From contig CAVWFS010000016.1 of assembly GCA_963754315.1 (NCBI GenBank), positions 128,001-192,000 on the forward strand: a stretch of DNA of 64,000 nt, given 5' to 3'. Under the pieces are notes generated by a model. It saw only the letters and a list, made by a program, of their open reading frames with translations. It had not been told where the DNA came from and did no database searches. Shown in pieces: positions 61,844 through 64,000 of this stretch (position 1 is the first letter of the stretch; the number at the start of each line of letters is the position of its first letter). The DNA is from an uncultured Candidatus Rokubacteria bacterium. GTDB taxonomy: Bacteria; Methylomirabilota; Methylomirabilia; Rokubacteriales; CSP1-6. The position numbers were made by a program, and so were the translations under genes.

Positions 61844-63972
61844 CGAGACACCGCGCCTGGGTTGCCGGGCTCGCAGCACGTCCCGGTGGAGCGGTGGCGA
61901 GCGATTCGCCAGAGAAGTTGATGCCAGGCGCAGAGGGTGGCGTCGAGGGTATGAGCCTGGGTGAAGAGGTCGCGGGCGGCCCGGCGGAGGCGGCGGCGGA
62001 GGGGGCCGTCCTCGATCAACTGCGCCATGGCGCGTTCCCAGGCAACCGCCGTGTTCTCAACGAGCAGACCGTGAATGCCGTCGATCATCGGGCGCTGGTA
62101 GGTCGGAACGCGCGAGCAGACGATCGCCAACCCGGCCCAGGCGTAGTCCCGAAACTTTGTGGCCTGCTTGGCGACGTTGAACTCCGTGTCATCGAGGGGC
62201 GCGAGGCCGATGTCCCAGCCGCGGCTGCGCAGTAGCTGGAGGCTCTCCGCCCAGCTCATCACGCGCGTGGACTGCCACGTGAAGAGGTCGGCGCTGTCAC
62301 GGGGGATCTCACGGCTCGAGATGATCTCGAACTCGATCCTGGAGCCAAATCGTTGCTTGATGTTGCGGACCGCCTCGCGGACGCAGGGCGGCGCCACGTC
62401 CCATTGAAGCCCGAAGAAGCCAAGCTTGAGCGACTGTTTGTCCTCGTCACCGTCAGCAGGAAGGGGCTCCAGGGGGAGCTGGCTCGTGTCGAAGCCGTAG
62501 ATGGCCTCCATCACATTCGGGTTGTAGCGACGGCTCCGCTCGCTCAGGGGCGGCGTACTGGTCGCGACCAGAGAGCACTCCCGCAAGAAGCGATCCATGG
62601 CCACCCGGACCATCACATGGGCGTGATACTTGCCGAGGGGAGTGGTGGGCGGCAGCGCGTAGAAGTCATCGTCCCAGGCACAGACGACGGCCGTGTCCGC
62701 CTCCTCGGCCCACGCGAGCAGCGGGACGGTCTCCGGCACGAAGGCGCGAACGAGAAGGACCGCATCGCAGCGTTCCACGTCGGCGCGGCGAGTCTCCGCG
62801 GGCTGAACATACTTGAACCGTATTCGGCCTTGTTGCTCGAGGGCGCGCGCGGCGGGCAAGGCGTCGATATGCGTGCTCGTCACGCTCTCGTGGGCGATCA
62901 CCAGGAGACGGACGGAGGAGTGTCGCCGTGAGGCGAGGAACGACACCTCCCGCAGCCACTCCTGTTGCATGGGAAGCAGGGCGTAGGTGGTGGCCGCATC
63001 TTCCAGCGCGCGCCGTCGAATGCGCTTCCGCAGATCGGCGTCGCAGACCAGGGCCCGCATGGCCTCGTACATGCCTTGCTCGGTGTGGGGGGCCAGGTAG
63101 CCCGTCTCGCCGTGCCGGACCGACGATGCGTAGACCGGCATGTCCGAGTAGATCCCGGGAATGCCGAGCGCCGCGTACTCGCGATACTTGTTGTTGGTCT
63201 TCGCTCGGTTCTCGGCGCTATCCCGTAAGGGAGCCAGCCCGATGGCCCAGCCCGCGCTTCGCAGGTAGCCGTGGTACTCGCGGATGTCGTCGACGTACGG
63301 CAGGTGCGTCACCTTTTGGTGGTTTTGGAGACCCACGGGGAGACAGTCGACGAACTCGGCCCGCACGGGTCGGTCGGACGAATCCAGAATCTGGCGCAAG
63401 GGCTCGACGATCACCTCCAGATCGGGCGCGTGCAGGTAGCGGCCGCCGTAGCCGATGGTGAGAGGCCCGTCGACGTCGTTGTCGTCGATGGATCTCAGGT
63501 CCCACCCATGATCCTCGACGAAACTGGGAAGACGGCCGACATGCACCTGACGGCACCGGTCGCGAACGCGATCCGCCATTTCGCCCGTGAACACCCAGAC
63601 CAGGTCGGCCTGTCGGATCATTTGGTCCCGGCCGTCCTTCATCTCCGGCTGACTGTAGAACTGGCCCAGCGGCGTGGCCGGGTCCAGGGCGTCGAAGTCG
63701 TCGTCGGGACAGTACACGGTGGGCAGGCCGCGTTTCTGGGCCAGCTCCAAGAGCGCTGCTTCCTCCGGCCGGGTGCAGCGCAAGAAGAGGACCGCGTCCG
63801 CCGTCTCGATCGCGTGCTTGAGATCGGTGAAGGAGAGTTCTGACTCGTCGCAGGCCTGATAGTCCCAGGCGCCCTGGAGGTGGAGCCCGGTGAAGACCCG
63901 GTCCAGAATGGACGCGGAGGCGATTCTTCCCTCCGTCACCATGACGAACCTCAACGGCGTCAAGGGTCTCAT
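61840..63972 (-). CDS. Glycosyltransferase with two tandem GT4-like modules
   Basis: Two copies of the DDDF...IGLAPL.D...N.AK...K.R.YA motif set. Confidence 0.85.
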   Translation of the reverse strand: MRPLTPLRFVMVTEGRIASASILDRVFTGLHLQGAWDYQACDESELSFTDLKHAIETADAVLFLRCTRPEEAALLELAQKRGLPTVYCPDDDFDALDPATPLGQFYSQPEMKDGRDQMIRQADLVWVFTGEMADRVRDRCRQVHVGRLPSFVEDHGWDLRSIDDNDVDGPLTIGYGGRYLHAPDLEVIVEPLRQILDSSDRPVRAEFVDCLPVGLQNHQKVTHLPYVDDIREYHGYLRSAGWAIGLAPLRDSAENRAKTNNKYREYAALGIPGIYSDMPVYASSVRHGETGYLAPHTEQGMYEAMRALVCDADLRKRIRRRALEDAATTYALLPMQQEWLREVSFLASRRHSSVRLLVIAHESVTSTHIDALPAARALEQQGRIRFKYVQPAETRRADVERCDAVLLVRAFVPETVPLLAWAEEADTAVVCAWDDDFYALPPTTPLGKYHAHVMVRVAMDRFLRECSLVATSTPPLSERSRRYNPNVMEAIYGFDTSQLPLEPLPADGDEDKQSLKLGFFGLQWDVAPPCVREAVRNIKQRFGSRIEFEIISSREIPRDSADLFTWQSTRVMSWAESLQLLRSRGWDIGLAPLDDTEFNVAKQATKFRDYAWAGLAIVCSRVPTYQRPMIDGIHGLLVENTAVAWERAMAQLIEDGPLRRRLRRAARDLFTQAHTLDATLCAWHQLLWRIARHRSTGTCCEPGNPGAVSR

Positions 63973-64000
63973 GGAATTTTCCGTGGCCTATCTTGCCTTG

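Overview
GC-rich bacterial chromosomal window of mostly catabolic and transport genes. The gene content (many ABC/TRAP/Bug transporters, LLM/F420-type oxidoreductases, many PIN toxin-antitoxin pairs) resembles soil Rokubacteria/Methylomirabilota, but this is inference only. In order it contains: a cyclic amidohydrolase, nitrilase-family and sarcosine-oxidase-like trio; a NitT/TauT ABC transporter; a heme peroxidase with a hidden Tat signal, facing an HmuY-family gene; enolase-like, SDR and LLM genes; TRAP and Bug transporters; a Liv-type ABC operon interrupted by a TA module; a sugar ABC system; a sufBCDSUT operon followed by a persulfide dioxygenase-rhodanese gene; a Fic gene next to an AT-richer SGNH island flanked by broken genes; iorAB; a phytase-like exported protein; and glycosyltransferases. 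About a dozen genes carry single-base frameshifts, mostly in homopolymers and including sufS; these are most likely long-read errors. I recognised no rRNA, tRNA, CRISPR array or transposase. The most unusual signals are (i) a candidate sigma54 promoter with paired upstream palindromes and a structured leader with a uORF and terminator-like hairpin in front of the peroxidase, and (ii) many short gene stubs in intergenic spacers that the ORF track misses (TIR, LLM, methyltransferase, PIN, fic, and a head-to-tail collapsed binding-protein gene).
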